A stretch of 64,000 nucleotides of DNA from an uncultured delta proteobacterium. GTDB taxonomy: Bacteria; Desulfobacterota; Binatia; UBA9968. Under the pieces are notes generated by a model. It was not told the origin of the DNA, made no database searches, and saw only the letters and a list, made by a program, of their open reading frames with translations. Made by a program: the position numbers and the translations under genes. The stretch is taken from contig CAVSHR010000009.1 of the NCBI GenBank assembly GCA_963727625.1, forward strand, positions 449,140 through 513,139, written 5' to 3'. Shown in pieces: positions 40,025 to 51,377 of this stretch. Position 1 is the stretch's first letter. Every line of letters starts with the position of its first letter.

Positions 40025-41994
40025 CTAGGGCGCGGAATTCGGAGTAGCTTGAGCTCCCTGCGTCTGTTTCAGTTGATCGCGCCAGAGCTGTTCGGCGGTC
40101 GGCAGGTTTTCTGAACCAGAGGCAATAATCCTCGGGGTTATAAAGACGACAAGCTCTTCAAAGTCCTTCTGCCAAGAGGACTTCTTAAACAACCAGCCGA
40201 GAACTGGAATGTCTTTGAGATAGGGAACTCCGCTATCCGAGTTTGCAGCTGGTATCCTTCATGATACCGCCGATAACAACCGTTTCACCGTCTCTGACCA
40301 ACACATTGGCTTTGGCTTCGCGGGTGTTCTCTTGAGGAATACCATCGACTGTTTTACCGAAATCCAATGTGCTGGATTTCGCTTGGATTTTCAGCAAAAC
40401 AAAACCGTCAGCCGAGACTTGGGGTGTCACCTTTAACGTTATTCCCGCCCTGATCTCTCGAAGGCTCCGGCCTCGCCTACTGTCGCAGCCGAAGTTTTAA
40501 TCCTGACGACGTTAGCGCTCTCGATCTGAGACTCCATATTATTCAAAGTAACCACTGAGGGCCGAGAAATAATTTTAACGTTTCCTTCGCGCTTCCGCGG
40601 CTGATAGAAGCGCTGCTGACACTGTTGCCGAAATAGGCGAAGCTGAAACCGCGATCGGCGGAGATAAATGTGGGTGTAGTGTTTTCAGGAGAACGTTAAG
40701 CTGACCGTCGTTAAAAGGCGGGTCTGCCCTAAATCTTGTGCTGGTCCGTACGCGACCTTTATTGAATAGCGTTTCCATCTGGATTCCGAGAGCCCGTGAG
40801 AAAGTTGGCGTCGTTTCGATGAGATTCGACTCGATGAGGACTTGAGGCGTGCGAACGTCAAGCCTACTCACCATGCACGCGACATCTTGAACGTCTTGGA
40901 AAGTGCCCCGGACTACGATTGTATTACTTCTTTCATCGGGAACTATCTCCGCCCCAGTCTTTATGATCTGCTTAACCTTATCGACTAAGTCTTTAGCCTT
41001 GGCGTAATTCACATTGATATAGGAGGTCTGGCGCATCTGAGCAGTTCGGGTCGCATTTCGCACCTCCAATTGAGCTTTCTTCTCTTGGGCCAGTCTTGAG
41101 GCGGTCGAGATCCTTAATACGTTACCCGTTTCCTCCTTAGCCAAGCCATTGGTCTCAACGATTAAATCCAAAGCCTGATCCCACGGGACTTCAAGGAGAC
41201 GCAGCGTTACCTTCCTGTTAACATCATCCGTCACCACAATATTTTTTCCGCTCACTTCCCCGAGTAGTCGGAATACATTCTTGATATCAGCGTCCTTGAA
41301 TTCTAGCGATACTTTTTGACCGGTATATTGTCTTTCCGACGCCGATTGTCCTTCGCCTGAAAGAGACAGGGCCTTAATTTCAGCACGTGATGGACGACAC
41401 GCAAAGTCACCGGCTGCAACGTCCACTCGTTTCCCGTCCCTTACTAGGGTGACATTTTTCCTTGCGGTCGCATTTGGATCCAAAGCGCCGATCACAAATT
41501 TTAATCCGCCATTCTCCGGCGAGATCGTATAGACAGGGACTGTCGCGGCCGCTATCTCGGCAACAACCCGAAGATTATTTTCGCTGACGTTCACCCTCAA
41601 CGCGATACCCAGTTGGTATCGATCCGATAAGTGTCGTCCGCTGGGATACTTTCACCGGGATCAAGGAGATCCAACACGATCCGGGAAGGTTGCGGCAGGG
41701 TAAAATGGCGATACTGGGTGACCGGATGGGCAAATTTTACTTGTATGATCGATTGGCCTTGCTCTTCGCGAACGACCAAATTCTGCAAAGCGCTGCGCGA
41801 TGCGGTGCTCACTCGCCGGCTTTGACGGCGCTCGACTTCGGTGCCGCCGCGGTTTCCGGCGGCCCTTTGGGCTTCGACGGCCCGTCGTTTAGCGAACAAC
41901 CGGAAAACCCGATTGCCACCGCCAAAAGCACGGCCGGCATCAGCGATGAGATTTTCGCAAGTCGCACCCTTATTCGCGATTTGAAATAATCCAT
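40025..41994 (-). CDS. pilQ: Type IV pilus secretin PilQ (AMIN domains plus secretin), multiple frameshifts
   Basis: YTGQKVSLEFKDADIKNVFRLL, VPWDQAL, DERSNTI, QVLIE, VRDGETVVIGGI, LKDIPVLGWLFK, ELVVFITPRI. Confidence 0.9.
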
Positions 41995-42022
41995 TGAGAT
42001 ATTCCCGTTCTTGTTCAGCGCC

Positions 42023-42655
42023 CTACTTCGATAAAATTTTCATGGTCACATCATGTTTTTTCGGCTTGCCGTAAGCATCGAAGCGAATTTCCTCGACCAC
42101 AATTTCATCGGGGCGGATCGCTTTTATTTTACCGTCGTTATTTCCGATGGGCGTGCCGATTTTTACGACGTAACCCAGTTTCGCGCTGTCTTCGACCAAA
42201 GCTCTCGGTTCCTTAATATCCCAGATGATCCCTACGAGCTTGAGCTGACTCAAATCGAAACGCTCCAGCGGCGAAAGATTTTCGCGTTTTCGGGTCTGCA
42301 CTTTTGTCTGCAACGTCATCGGGCGAAATGGATCGCGGTCGATTTCCTTCAATGCCCTTTGAGGAGCAGGCGGCGCTGTGAGGTTCTTTCGCGGCACATC
42401 GAGGTCGAGTTGCTTGGTTTTATCGGTCGGTTTTGACTGGCCGCCGAAGGCCTGTTTCAGTTTCGCTTTTGCCGCCTCGGTCAACTCTTGCAGCGACTTC
42501 CCGATGGTTGCCGGTGCCTTGTTGAGTTTGCCGACCGCTTCTTTCATCTGCTCCGAAGGCGTGCGAATCTCCTTTTCCGCGCATAGCGCCCGCCCCGCGA
42601 GGAGCGCCGCGCACGCGAACGAAACCAACAGCAAAAATCCGCCATGCTTGACCAT
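42023..42655 (-). CDS. pilP: Type IV pilus assembly protein PilP
   Basis: RDPFRP, PLERFDLSQLKLVGII, GYVVKIGTPIGNNDGKI. Confidence 0.9.
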   Translation of the reverse strand: MVKHGGFLLLVSFACAALLAGRALCAEKEIRTPSEQMKEAVGKLNKAPATIGKSLQELTEAAKAKLKQAFGGQSKPTDKTKQLDLDVPRKNLTAPPAPQRALKEIDRDPFRPMTLQTKVQTRKRENLSPLERFDLSQLKLVGIIWDIKEPRALVEDSAKLGYVVKIGTPIGNNDGKIKAIRPDEIVVEEIRFDAYGKPKKHDVTMKILSK

Positions 42656-42661
42656 ATTCGT

Positions 42662-43285
42662 TTAGCGTTTTGCCTTCTTCGCCGCCTTGGCCTTTTCCTC
42701 GGCAATTTTCTTGCGCTCGGCGTCGTCGAGAAATCGGAACGCAGTCGCCACGCTGGTCGTCTCCAGGACTACGTTATCGCCGTTGACCGTCGCCTTAAAA
42801 CCGATGCGGTCGATATTGACTAACCGGTTCAAACGGCCGACCTGGTCAAAAAAATTTACGGTATTGTAAAAACTGCCCCTGACCGTGATATCCACCGGCA
42901 CTTCGGCGTAAAAGTCCTGGAACTTTTCGGCCCTAGGGCGAAACAATAAGACGTTAAGGCCGGACTGTTGCGCCTTCGCCGAGATACCGCTTAAAAGATC
43001 GGCGATTTCCTTCTTATCCGGCAGTTGCGCGACCGCCAATTTGAGCTCGGCGTCGAGTTGTAAGAGATCCTTGCTCAGGCGCGGCAAGTTTGCCGACTTC
43101 TGAGTTTTTATCATCTTTTCATTGCGCGCGATTTCCACGCTGCCCAATAAGTTCGCCAGTTGATCGGCGCGCGGGCTGTACAAGAAACTGTAAAAGAGCG
43201 CCGTGATCAAAATGATCGCGACGACCAGAATGCCGATTTTTTGAATCGTGGGTCGTTCGAGAATATTGTCAAGCAGCTCGTTCAA
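42662..43285 (-). CDS. pilO: Type IV pilus assembly protein PilO
   Basis: QLPDKKEIADLL, FYAEVPVDITVRGSFY, RLVNI. Confidence 0.92.
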   Translation of the reverse strand: MNELLDNILERPTIQKIGILVVAIILITALFYSFLYSPRADQLANLLGSVEIARNEKMIKTQKSANLPRLSKDLLQLDAELKLAVAQLPDKKEIADLLSGISAKAQQSGLNVLLFRPRAEKFQDFYAEVPVDITVRGSFYNTVNFFDQVGRLNRLVNIDRIGFKATVNGDNVVLETTSVATAFRFLDDAERKKIAEEKAKAAKKAKR

Positions 43286-43896
43286 CCCTTTTTCTCCTGT
43301 TTCTTCGCAGCGGCGCCGGCTTTGGATTTATCCGCGGCCCGGGGCCTGTCCGGTGGCCGATAATTGACTCTCGCTCTGATCGAGAATTTCTTTCGCGATG
43401 CGTTGGCGTCGGTTCCGCGGACGGATTCAACCAGCTCGACGTTATTAAAAAATTTCGACCCATCGAGCGAACGCATAAATTCCGCGATGGTCTCGTTGTC
43501 CGCCGCCAGGCCGTTCATCGTCACGCTGCCGGCGGTTTCGCTCAGATCGGTGAGCCAAAGACTGGTAGGCGTCGCCCGCGAGAGACTCGCCATCACCAGC
43601 ACCGGCCCAGTTTTTTTCCGGTTGAGATCATCGATAATTTTCTGTTTTCCGCGCGCTTCTTTGATCTTGACTTGGAGATCGGCGATTTCCTTGACCTTCG
43701 CGTTGAGCACCCGCAGTTCGGTGCGCAGCCCGGCAAGCTCCTGTTCCAGCTCCGTAAGCCGATGCGATTGATAAAGATAAATACCGAGCAGCAAGACCAG
43801 CACCGAACCCAACGCTGCCGAGCCTATGATAATCTGGCGCTTGCGCGAGACCTCGGCTTGCCGTTGCTTGAACGGTAAAAGATTGATGCGAATCAT
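43282..43896 (-). CDS. pilN: Type IV pilus assembly protein PilN
   Basis: MIRINLLP motif, TM helix, coiled coil, P..LWLT. Confidence 0.92.
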   Translation of the reverse strand: MIRINLLPFKQRQAEVSRKRQIIIGSAALGSVLVLLLGIYLYQSHRLTELEQELAGLRTELRVLNAKVKEIADLQVKIKEARGKQKIIDDLNRKKTGPVLVMASLSRATPTSLWLTDLSETAGSVTMNGLAADNETIAEFMRSLDGSKFFNNVELVESVRGTDANASRKKFSIRARVNYRPPDRPRAADKSKAGAAAKKQEKKG

Positions 43897-44993
43897 CGAT
43901 CGCCTGGTCTCCGAATCGACAACCCCGCCGCAACGGCAAAGTAGGGGGCTGATTCAAGCAAAAATTCACGATCGATATTCCGGCCGATGTCAAAGCCTCG
44001 GAAAGGCTCGCTCATGCGCACTGGAACGCGCATATGTTCTTCGAGTAAAACCCGCAAACCCGCGAGCTTGGCCCCGCCACCGCTTAAAAAAATAGTCTTT
44101 AGGCCATCCCCTTCATCCGAAGGCAGCGCACCGTACAGACTCACCGTTCGTCGAATCTCTCCGGCCAATTCTTCAGAGGTCGGTCGCAGTGTCGACTCCA
44201 GATCGAGATCCTTTTTGCCATCCAATAGACCGGTTGTTTTGAACGCTTCCGCCGCCTCGATGCCGATGCCAAGCTGCCTTGCCAGGTTGTCGGTGAAATA
44301 GGCGCCCCCCAGCGATAAATCGCCGGTGAACGTGGATATGCCGTTTTGCAAGAGTGTGATGCTGGTATACTGCGCGCCAATATGAATCAGCGCCACCACG
44401 CCGTTTTCAGCTTCCCCGGCGTAGTTCGCCTCGTACATGTTCTCCAAGGCAAAGTAATCGACGTCCATGACGGTCGGCGTCAGACCCGCTTCGTCGATGA
44501 CATCGGTATAACTGTTGATAATTTCCTTTTTGACGGCTACCAAGAGAACATCAATCTTGTTCCCATCCTCTGCCTCGAACAATACCTGATGGTCGAGATT
44601 AACATTCTCCAGGCTGTCGGGAATAATATTTTGCGCCTCGAATTCGATATTCGCCTCGAGCTCCGCGGGTTCCTGCTTGGGCATCTGCACCTTTTTCATG
44701 ATCACGGCGCGCCCTGGAACGGCGGATATAACCTGCTTGGAGTTGACCCTGTTTTCCTCGATTAAGCGGCGAATGACGTTAACCACCGGGCCGGAATCCA
44801 CCACCATGTTGTTCTGAATCGCGTTCTCCGGCACCGGCAAAAGTGCCAAGTTCAATATTCGATAACCGCTCTTATCAACCGCAGCTTCGACCATCTTGAT
44901 CGAGCTCGAGCCGATGTCTAAGGCCACGTAGCCATCCTTGGCGTTTAACGAACTCAAAAAACCCAGGTTGAAATTTTTCAGGAATGGCAGCAT
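43893..44993 (-). CDS. pilM: Type IV pilus assembly protein PilM
   Basis: LDIGSSSIKMVE, DVDYFALEN, LSGGGAKL, AVAAGLSIR. Confidence 0.94.
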   Translation of the reverse strand: MLPFLKNFNLGFLSSLNAKDGYVALDIGSSSIKMVEAAVDKSGYRILNLALLPVPENAIQNNMVVDSGPVVNVIRRLIEENRVNSKQVISAVPGRAVIMKKVQMPKQEPAELEANIEFEAQNIIPDSLENVNLDHQVLFEAEDGNKIDVLLVAVKKEIINSYTDVIDEAGLTPTVMDVDYFALENMYEANYAGEAENGVVALIHIGAQYTSITLLQNGISTFTGDLSLGGAYFTDNLARQLGIGIEAAEAFKTTGLLDGKKDLDLESTLRPTSEELAGEIRRTVSLYGALPSDEGDGLKTIFLSGGGAKLAGLRVLLEEHMRVPVRMSEPFRGFDIGRNIDREFLLESAPYFAVAAGLSIRRPGDR

Positions 44994-44996
44994 GGG

Positions 44997-45197
44997 TTAC
45001 TGTTTAAAAAGCGTGTGCTTTTGCTCGATGGTCAGTCCCAAAGCGAGAAGGATTTTCCGTTTGGTTGCCAACCGGCAATCCTTGCCCTTCTCAATCCGGT
45101 CCAGAGTAAGGGGTGAAATCCCGGCGAGGCGCGCGAGCTCAGCCTTGCTTAGCATCTTTGCCTCGCGCATTAACTTGACTTTGTTTTCTTGATCCAT
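44997..45197 (-). CDS. XRE/Cro-type HTH regulator directly upstream of pilM
   Basis: MLSKAELARLAGISPLTLDRIEKGKDCRLATKRKI. Confidence 0.85.
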   Translation of the reverse strand: MDQENKVKLMREAKMLSKAELARLAGISPLTLDRIEKGKDCRLATKRKILLALGLTIEQKHTLFKQ

Positions 45198-45525
45198 TGC
45201 TACAGGCCCTTAGCCCGATACTTTGAGCAGTGCAAAATGTAGGCATTTAACCAACTTAGCACTTCAAGTCAATAAAAATATGTTTGAATTATACTTAATT
45301 AGATATTTTTGTTCTACTAATATTTAGCAAACTGCCCGCCACCGCCGGCGCGCCAAATTTATAAACCGCAAGTTCATCGCAAGTACTTTAATTCAAAAGA
45401 TTATAGGATTCAGCTTCGAGCTCGGACGATGACCCCACGATGGACACAAGTGAACGAAAATAGTCCAGCCGCGCCTAATTTGCATAGAATTGCTTTTGCG
45501 TGGGTCGCCGGATAGAAATGCCTCA

Positions 45526-47805
45526 ATGAGGGCGGCGGAAAAATTTGCGCGGGTGATCGTGCCGGGGCCGTTGGAAGAGCCGCTAAGCTATCATGTACCC
45601 GACGCGCTGATTGGTCTCATTGCTGCTGGTTCGCGCGTCTTGATCCCCTTGCAACGGCGCACCGTAACCGGCGTTGTACTCGAGATTGTCACGGAAAAAC
45701 CAGCCGTAAAGACCAAAGCGATCATCGATCGGTTGGATGATCAACCGATCCTCGATCACTCTCTGCTCCAACTTGCGAAGTGGATCGCGCATTACTATTT
45801 AGCATCTCTCGGCGAAGTTCTAACCATGCTGTTGCCGCCGAACTCACGTCGGCAAAGCCGGCGAACCGCGGTATTGAAGCGGGACCACGTCGAAGGCTTG
45901 GATGCACCCGGCAAAAAGGTTCTTAGCGAGCTGAGCCGGCGCAATGGCAAAGTAAGCGTAAAAACCCTCGCGCAATTTTTTGCCGGCCACTCCATCGAGC
46001 GAATCCTTGCTCGCCTCGAATCACTCGGAGCGATCGAAATCATCGATCACCTGCCGAAACAAAGACGCAGGCCGGACGCGATCGCCGCGGCGGAAAACCA
46101 AGCCTTGGGTGATCACCGAGTGGGCTTTGCCTTGACTGAGGAACAGCAGACGGCTCTGGACGCGATCGGCAAGCGTATTGTACCGAGTGGCTTCGAAACG
46201 TTTTTGCTGCACGGTGTTACCGGCAGCGGCAAAACCGAAGTTTACATCCGTGCCATGGAGCTGGCGAAAAGTCTTGGCCGGCGCAGTCTAATCTTGATTC
46301 CCGAAATTTCGTTGACACCGCAGTTACTCGACCGACTCAACGCCCGCTTTCCCAATCGAGTCGGCGTCCTGCACAGCGCTCTCACCGGCGCCGACCGCTG
46401 GGCGCAATGGCGCCAGATTGCCCGGGGTGAAATCGATGTCGTGGTCGGTGCCCGCTCGGCGGTGTTCGCACCCATTCCCGACCTCGGCCTCATTATCGTC
46501 GACGAAGAGCATGATTCATCTTACAAGCAGGAAGAAGGTGTCCGTTATAATGGCCGGGACGTTGCGGTGGTGCGTGCCAAGCTACTCGGTTGCCCGGTCA
46601 TTTTGGGATCAGCGACACCCGCGCTTGAGAGTTATGAAAACTGCCGCCAGGGCCGTTACCGGCTCCTGGAAATCACCCGACGGGTCGAGCAACGGCCGCT
46701 GCCGTTCATTGAGACGATCGATCTTCGCGCGCAGTATCGCAGCGCCAAGCCGCTAACTAACCAGAAATCCGCCGCCGCGGATGCCATGGATCCCGATCGG
46801 CGATTAATTTCTGCCGCATTCGCCAAAGCGTTGACGGCAAACTTTGACGCCGGCTATCAGACGCTGATATTCTTGAATCGGCGCGGCTTTGCCAATTTCC
46901 TCCAGTGTAGCCTCTGCGGTTACGTATGGCGCTGCCCATACTGCAGCGTGACGCTCACGCTGCACCTCAAGCAGCAGCGAATTTCCTGCCACCACTGTGA
47001 TTATCGTCGGCCAACGACGGAGGTGTGCCCGCAATGTAACAATCCTACGCTCGGCGCCATCGGCAGCGGCACCGAAAGAATCGAACAAGCGCTCACGCGG
47101 CTAGTACCGCAGGCGCGGGTGACAAGGATGGATCGGGATACCACGGGCAAACGCGGCTCGCACGAAGAAATAATTCGCCGTTGGGAAAAGGGCGAGATTG
47201 ACATTTTGGTCGGCACTCAGATGGTGACCAAGGGGCATGATGTTTTTGGCGTGACCCTCGTCGGCGCGCTGCTCGCGGATCTTTCTTTGAACGTGCCGGA
47301 CTTTCGCGCCGCCGAGCGAACCTTTCAGTTGTTGAGTCAAGTGGCCGGCCGGTCGGGACGCGGAAATAATCCCGGGCGTGTCATCATCCAAACCTACGCG
47401 CCTGATCACTATGCCATTCAGCACCTCTTGTCCCACGACTATAAAAGTTTTTTTGCCGCCGAGTGCGAATTTCGCCGCGCTCTCAACTACCCGCCGTTCG
47501 GCCGTCTGCTCAATTTTCGCCTCGACGGACCCAAACAATCGGAAGTGGAGAAGCGCGCGCAAACCTTGGCAGGCCGCCTGCGCGAACTGCTGGCACGCAG
47601 CGCAAGATTCGCCGCGGCGATCGAGCTACTCGGTCCGGCTGCAGCGCCGATCGAAAAAATACGAAATCGTTATCGCTGGCAGCTTTTGGCCCGAAGCAAA
47701 CAAAGCGCGATACTGCTCGACTTCGCCCGCCGGGCGCGGGAACTCATGCCGGCGGGGCGCGGCGTGCGTCTCCACGTTGATGTCGATCCCTACAGTATGC
47801 TATGA
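45526..47805 (+). CDS. priA: Primosomal protein N'
   Basis: LLHGVTGSGKTEVY, IIVDEEHD, Cys-rich zinc region, GTQMVTKGHD, QVAGRSGR. Confidence 0.97.
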   Translation: MRAAEKFARVIVPGPLEEPLSYHVPDALIGLIAAGSRVLIPLQRRTVTGVVLEIVTEKPAVKTKAIIDRLDDQPILDHSLLQLAKWIAHYYLASLGEVLTMLLPPNSRRQSRRTAVLKRDHVEGLDAPGKKVLSELSRRNGKVSVKTLAQFFAGHSIERILARLESLGAIEIIDHLPKQRRRPDAIAAAENQALGDHRVGFALTEEQQTALDAIGKRIVPSGFETFLLHGVTGSGKTEVYIRAMELAKSLGRRSLILIPEISLTPQLLDRLNARFPNRVGVLHSALTGADRWAQWRQIARGEIDVVVGARSAVFAPIPDLGLIIVDEEHDSSYKQEEGVRYNGRDVAVVRAKLLGCPVILGSATPALESYENCRQGRYRLLEITRRVEQRPLPFIETIDLRAQYRSAKPLTNQKSAAADAMDPDRRLISAAFAKALTANFDAGYQTLIFLNRRGFANFLQCSLCGYVWRCPYCSVTLTLHLKQQRISCHHCDYRRPTTEVCPQCNNPTLGAIGSGTERIEQALTRLVPQARVTRMDRDTTGKRGSHEEIIRRWEKGEIDILVGTQMVTKGHDVFGVTLVGALLADLSLNVPDFRAAERTFQLLSQVAGRSGRGNNPGRVIIQTYAPDHYAIQHLLSHDYKSFFAAECEFRRALNYPPFGRLLNFRLDGPKQSEVEKRAQTLAGRLRELLARSARFAAAIELLGPAAAPIEKIRNRYRWQLLARSKQSAILLDFARRARELMPAGRGVRLHVDVDPYSML

Positions 47806-47818
47806 ATTTTCGTAAGGT

Positions 47819-48361
47819 ATGGCGATCTTGGAAATCCTAAAATTTCCCGATTCGGTGCTCTGCAAAGTTGCCACGCCGGTCAAGAACATCACCGGCAAGA
47901 CCACCCAGTTGATCGATAACATGCTCGAAACCATGTATGCCGCTCCGGGGGTTGGACTGGCCGCGCCGCAGGTGGGCGCATCCCAACGCATCATCGTCAT
48001 GGATGTCGACCATGAAAATCCGCACAAGCAAGTCTACAAGCTGATCAATCCGGTCATCACTCGCGCTGAAGGCGAAATTGTCTGGGAAGAGGGCTGCTTG
48101 AGTGTGGTCGACTTCACCGCCGAGGTGCGCCGGGCCGCGCAGATTGAAGTAGTCGCCCTCGATGAGAACGAAAATGAATTGAAGATCGAAGCCGAAGGAC
48201 TGTTGGCGGTGGCGCTGCAACATGAAATCGATCATCTGGACGGAAAACTCTTTATTGACCGGATCAGCCGATTGAAACGCGACCTCTACACCCGTCGGCG
48301 GAAAAAAATGTTGCGCTCCGGAATCGAGCCGAGTCAAGAAGCGCCGCGGGTAATGATCTAA
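47819..48361 (+). CDS. def: Peptide deformylase
   Basis: GVGLAAPQVG, EGCLS, QHEIDHLDG. Confidence 0.97.
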   Translation: MAILEILKFPDSVLCKVATPVKNITGKTTQLIDNMLETMYAAPGVGLAAPQVGASQRIIVMDVDHENPHKQVYKLINPVITRAEGEIVWEEGCLSVVDFTAEVRRAAQIEVVALDENENELKIEAEGLLAVALQHEIDHLDGKLFIDRISRLKRDLYTRRRKKMLRSGIEPSQEAPRVMI

Positions 48362-48418
48362 GCGTTTACTCGACTGCCAAGTCGCCGTCCAAATCCAGAC
48401 CGCCTGAAAGTTTTTTTC

Positions 48419-49360
48419 ATGTCCACCAGTTGGCCGATCGTTTTCATGGGCACGCCCCAGATCGCCGCCGCCACGCTGGAGCAGCTGTTGGAAGGCCCCG
48501 ACCCGGTTGTCGGCGTCGTCACCCAGCCGGATCGTCCTGTCGGTCGCGGCCAAAAAAGCGCGCCTTCGCCCGTGCGCAAAGTCGCGGGAGCGCACGGCAT
48601 CCCGGTGATTGCCGCGACAAAAATCCGGACTCCGGAGTTTCTCGAAACCCTGCGCAGCTGGCGACCCGAGATCATCGTCGTCGTTGCCTACGGCAGAATT
48701 CTCCCTAAAACGATTTTAGAATTGGCACCTCGTGGCTGCCTCAACGTGCACTACTCGCTTTTGCCGAAGTACCGCGGCGCCGCGCCGGCCGCTTGGACCA
48801 TTATCAACGGCGAACACGAAGCGGGCGTGACGACCATGCAGCTCGTAGAAAAGATGGACGCGGGCAAAATCTATCTGCAGGAAGCGGCGCCATTGGCAGC
48901 GGACGAAACCACCGGCTCGCTGCAGGCTAAACTCACACCGCTCGGCGCCCGCCTGTTGTTGGAAACGCTGCAAAGACTTAAAGACGGCACGCTCGTCGCA
49001 AGAGAGCAAGATGAAAGCCGGGCAACGCTGGCGCCGATCTTGAAAAAAGAAGACGGGCTGATCGATTGGACACACCCCTCGGAAGTGATCGAGCGGCGCG
49101 TGCGCGGGCTCGATCCCTGGCCAGGAAGCTACACCTATTTAAACGGCAAAATGCTCAAGGTGCATCGAGCCAAAATTATCTCGGGTGATACGGCAAGAAA
49201 TCCGGGCGAAGTCGTCCGCGCTGATTCCGGCGGTTTTTGGATCGCGGCCGGTTCCGGGGTCATCGCCCTGGACGAGGTTCAACTGGAAAACAAGAAAAAA
49301 CTTCCTGCCGCAGAATTTATCAAAGGGGCGAGGATCAAAGCCGGTGATCGCCTCGGCTGA
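48419..49360 (+). CDS. fmt: Methionyl-tRNA formyltransferase
   Basis: VFMGTP, VVTQPDRP, NVHYSLLPKYRGAAP, MDAG. Confidence 0.96.
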   Translation: MSTSWPIVFMGTPQIAAATLEQLLEGPDPVVGVVTQPDRPVGRGQKSAPSPVRKVAGAHGIPVIAATKIRTPEFLETLRSWRPEIIVVVAYGRILPKTILELAPRGCLNVHYSLLPKYRGAAPAAWTIINGEHEAGVTTMQLVEKMDAGKIYLQEAAPLAADETTGSLQAKLTPLGARLLLETLQRLKDGTLVAREQDESRATLAPILKKEDGLIDWTHPSEVIERRVRGLDPWPGSYTYLNGKMLKVHRAKIISGDTARNPGEVVRADSGGFWIAAGSGVIALDEVQLENKKKLPAAEFIKGARIKAGDRLG

Positions 49361-50708
49361 AAAAACCGCGAAAACGGTTCGTGAGCTCGCCAGCGAGATT
49401 CTTTTCAAGGTTGACCGAAACAAAGCTTACGCCGACATTCTTCTCGATCAGGTCCTTAGAGCAAACCCTTTGGAAGACCGCGATCGCGCCCTGCTCACCG
49501 AGCTGGTCTACGGCACGCTGCGCTGGCGCGGCGCCATCGATGCTCGGCTGAGCCGGCACCTGCACCGCCCGCTGTCCGAAAGCAATGCTTGGGTACGAAA
49601 TCTTCTCCGGCTCACCGGCTATCAATTGGCTTATCTCGACCGCGTCCCGGACTATGCCGCGGTCAACGAAGCGGTTGAGTTAGCCAAGCGTCTTGACGGC
49701 CGCAGAACCGCAGGTTTTGTCAATGGGGTTCTGCGCAGTTTTCTTAGAGACGCCGATGACGGCATAACAATCACACGAGAGCCCTCTGTCGAATCCCTTG
49801 GGGCGCAGTGCTCCCATCCGGAATGGCTGGTGCGCCGCTGGCTCGCAGAGTTCGGCCGAGATGAAGCCCAGGCGCTGATGCGCGCGAATAACGAACATGC
49901 GGCGGTGGTGCTGCGAGCAAACATTCTCAAGTGCACGAGAGACCAATTACTGGACCAGCTGTTAAACTCCGGAATCGGTGCCAGCGCAACGTTTTGGTCG
50001 TCCCAGGGAGTTTCGCTGCAATCAGCCGGTGCAGTGGAAAAACTACCTGGCTTTGCCGAAGGATGGTTTCAAGTCCAAGGTGAGGCGTCCCAGCTTGTCT
50101 CCCACCTGCTAGCGCCTTTGCCGGGCGAGCGCATTCTTGACGCTTGCGCTGCGCCGGGCGGCAAGTGCACGCATATTGCCGAACTCATGAAAGACAGCGG
50201 CGAGATCGTCGCCATCGATAGCTCGGCACGCGGCGTTGAAAAAATTCGCGAGAACTTAAGCAGGCTCGGTCTTAAATCGGTGCGCGCCGTACGCGCCGAC
50301 GCCAGCAAGGAATTGAGCGAAGGCGCTGACGGAACCTACGATCGAGTTTTGCTCGATGCGCCCTGCAGCGGCCTGGGGACGCTGCGCGCCCACCCGGAAA
50401 TCAAATGGCAACGCGGCGAAAAGGACATTCAACGCCTCCGCGGCTTGCAGGCAAAGCTGCTCGACAATGTCGCAACCTATCTCAAATCCGGCGGCACCCT
50501 GATCTATTCAACATGCACGCTGACGCGCGATGAAAATGAGCGAAACGTCGAAAACTTTCTCGCGCGGCATCCGGAGTTTGAGTTGCAAGATGCCGCGCGC
50601 TATCTTCCAGAACCAGCAACCGAGCTCGTGCGCGGCGCATATTTCCAGGCGCTGCCGCAGCGCCACGGCACCGACGGCTTTTTTGCCGCGCGCATGAGAA
50701 AGGCTTAG
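49344..50708 (+). CDS. rsmB: 16S rRNA m5C967 methyltransferase RsmB (Sun)
   Basis: NusB-like N-terminus, LDACAAPGGK, LLDAPCSGLG, YSTCT, DGFFAA. Confidence 0.93.
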   Translation: MIASAEKTAKTVRELASEILFKVDRNKAYADILLDQVLRANPLEDRDRALLTELVYGTLRWRGAIDARLSRHLHRPLSESNAWVRNLLRLTGYQLAYLDRVPDYAAVNEAVELAKRLDGRRTAGFVNGVLRSFLRDADDGITITREPSVESLGAQCSHPEWLVRRWLAEFGRDEAQALMRANNEHAAVVLRANILKCTRDQLLDQLLNSGIGASATFWSSQGVSLQSAGAVEKLPGFAEGWFQVQGEASQLVSHLLAPLPGERILDACAAPGGKCTHIAELMKDSGEIVAIDSSARGVEKIRENLSRLGLKSVRAVRADASKELSEGADGTYDRVLLDAPCSGLGTLRAHPEIKWQRGEKDIQRLRGLQAKLLDNVATYLKSGGTLIYSTCTLTRDENERNVENFLARHPEFELQDAARYLPEPATELVRGAYFQALPQRHGTDGFFAARMRKA

Positions 50709-50711
50709 CAA

Positions 50712-51377
50712 ATGCCATCGCTAAAAATAGCTCCGTCGATTCTGTCCGCCGACTTCAGCCGGCTCAAAGATGAGATTCAAGCCGTCGAAGCCGGTGGCGC
50801 CGATTGGCTCCATGTCGATGTCATGGACGGTCACTTCGTACCCAACATTACCATCGGCCCGGTGGTGGTGGAGTGGGTGCGCAAGGTCACCACGATTCCG
50901 ATCGACGTGCATTTGATGATTACCGATCCCGACAAGTACGCACCCGAATTCATCAAAGCCGGCGCGGATTGGGTGTCAGTTCACCCGGAGACCTGCCCCG
51001 ATCCTCATGCGACCTTGCGTAAGATTCGCGCGCTCGGCGCCAAGGCTTCGATTGCCGTGAACCCCGACGTGCCATTAAAAAAGGTGGAAAGCTGCTTCAA
51101 CGATATCGAAATGGTTCTGATGATGACCGTTTTTCCCGGCTTCGGCGGGCAGGCTTTTATTCCCGACGTCTTGCCCAAGATCGAAGAAGCGCGAAAACTC
51201 ATCGAGCAGCGCAATCTACCCATCCTGATCGAGGTCGACGGCGGCATCAAAGTCGACAACATCGCCCGCGTGCGCAACGCCGGCGGTGAAGTGATCGTCT
51301 CCGGCTCGGGCATCTTCAAGACACCGAGCTACACCGACACCATCCGCGCAATGCGCAAAGCGGTGGAGCAAGTCTAA
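50712..51377 (+). CDS. rpe: Ribulose-phosphate 3-epimerase
   Basis: IAPSILSADF, HVDVMDGHFVPN, PGFGGQ, EVDGG. Confidence 0.97.
   Translation: MPSLKIAPSILSADFSRLKDEIQAVEAGGADWLHVDVMDGHFVPNITIGPVVVEWVRKVTTIPIDVHLMITDPDKYAPEFIKAGADWVSVHPETCPDPHATLRKIRALGAKASIAVNPDVPLKKVESCFNDIEMVLMMTVFPGFGGQAFIPDVLPKIEEARKLIEQRNLPILIEVDGGIKVDNIARVRNAGGEVIVSGSGIFKTPSYTDTIRAMRKAVEQV

Noticed and set aside
36701-41994. Frameshifts in aroQ, aroC and pilQ as real pseudogenisation or programmed frameshifting
   Set aside because: Many scattered indels occur in adjacent conserved genes whose motifs are otherwise intact, several in homopolymer runs. Sequencing or assembly error is the simplest explanation.
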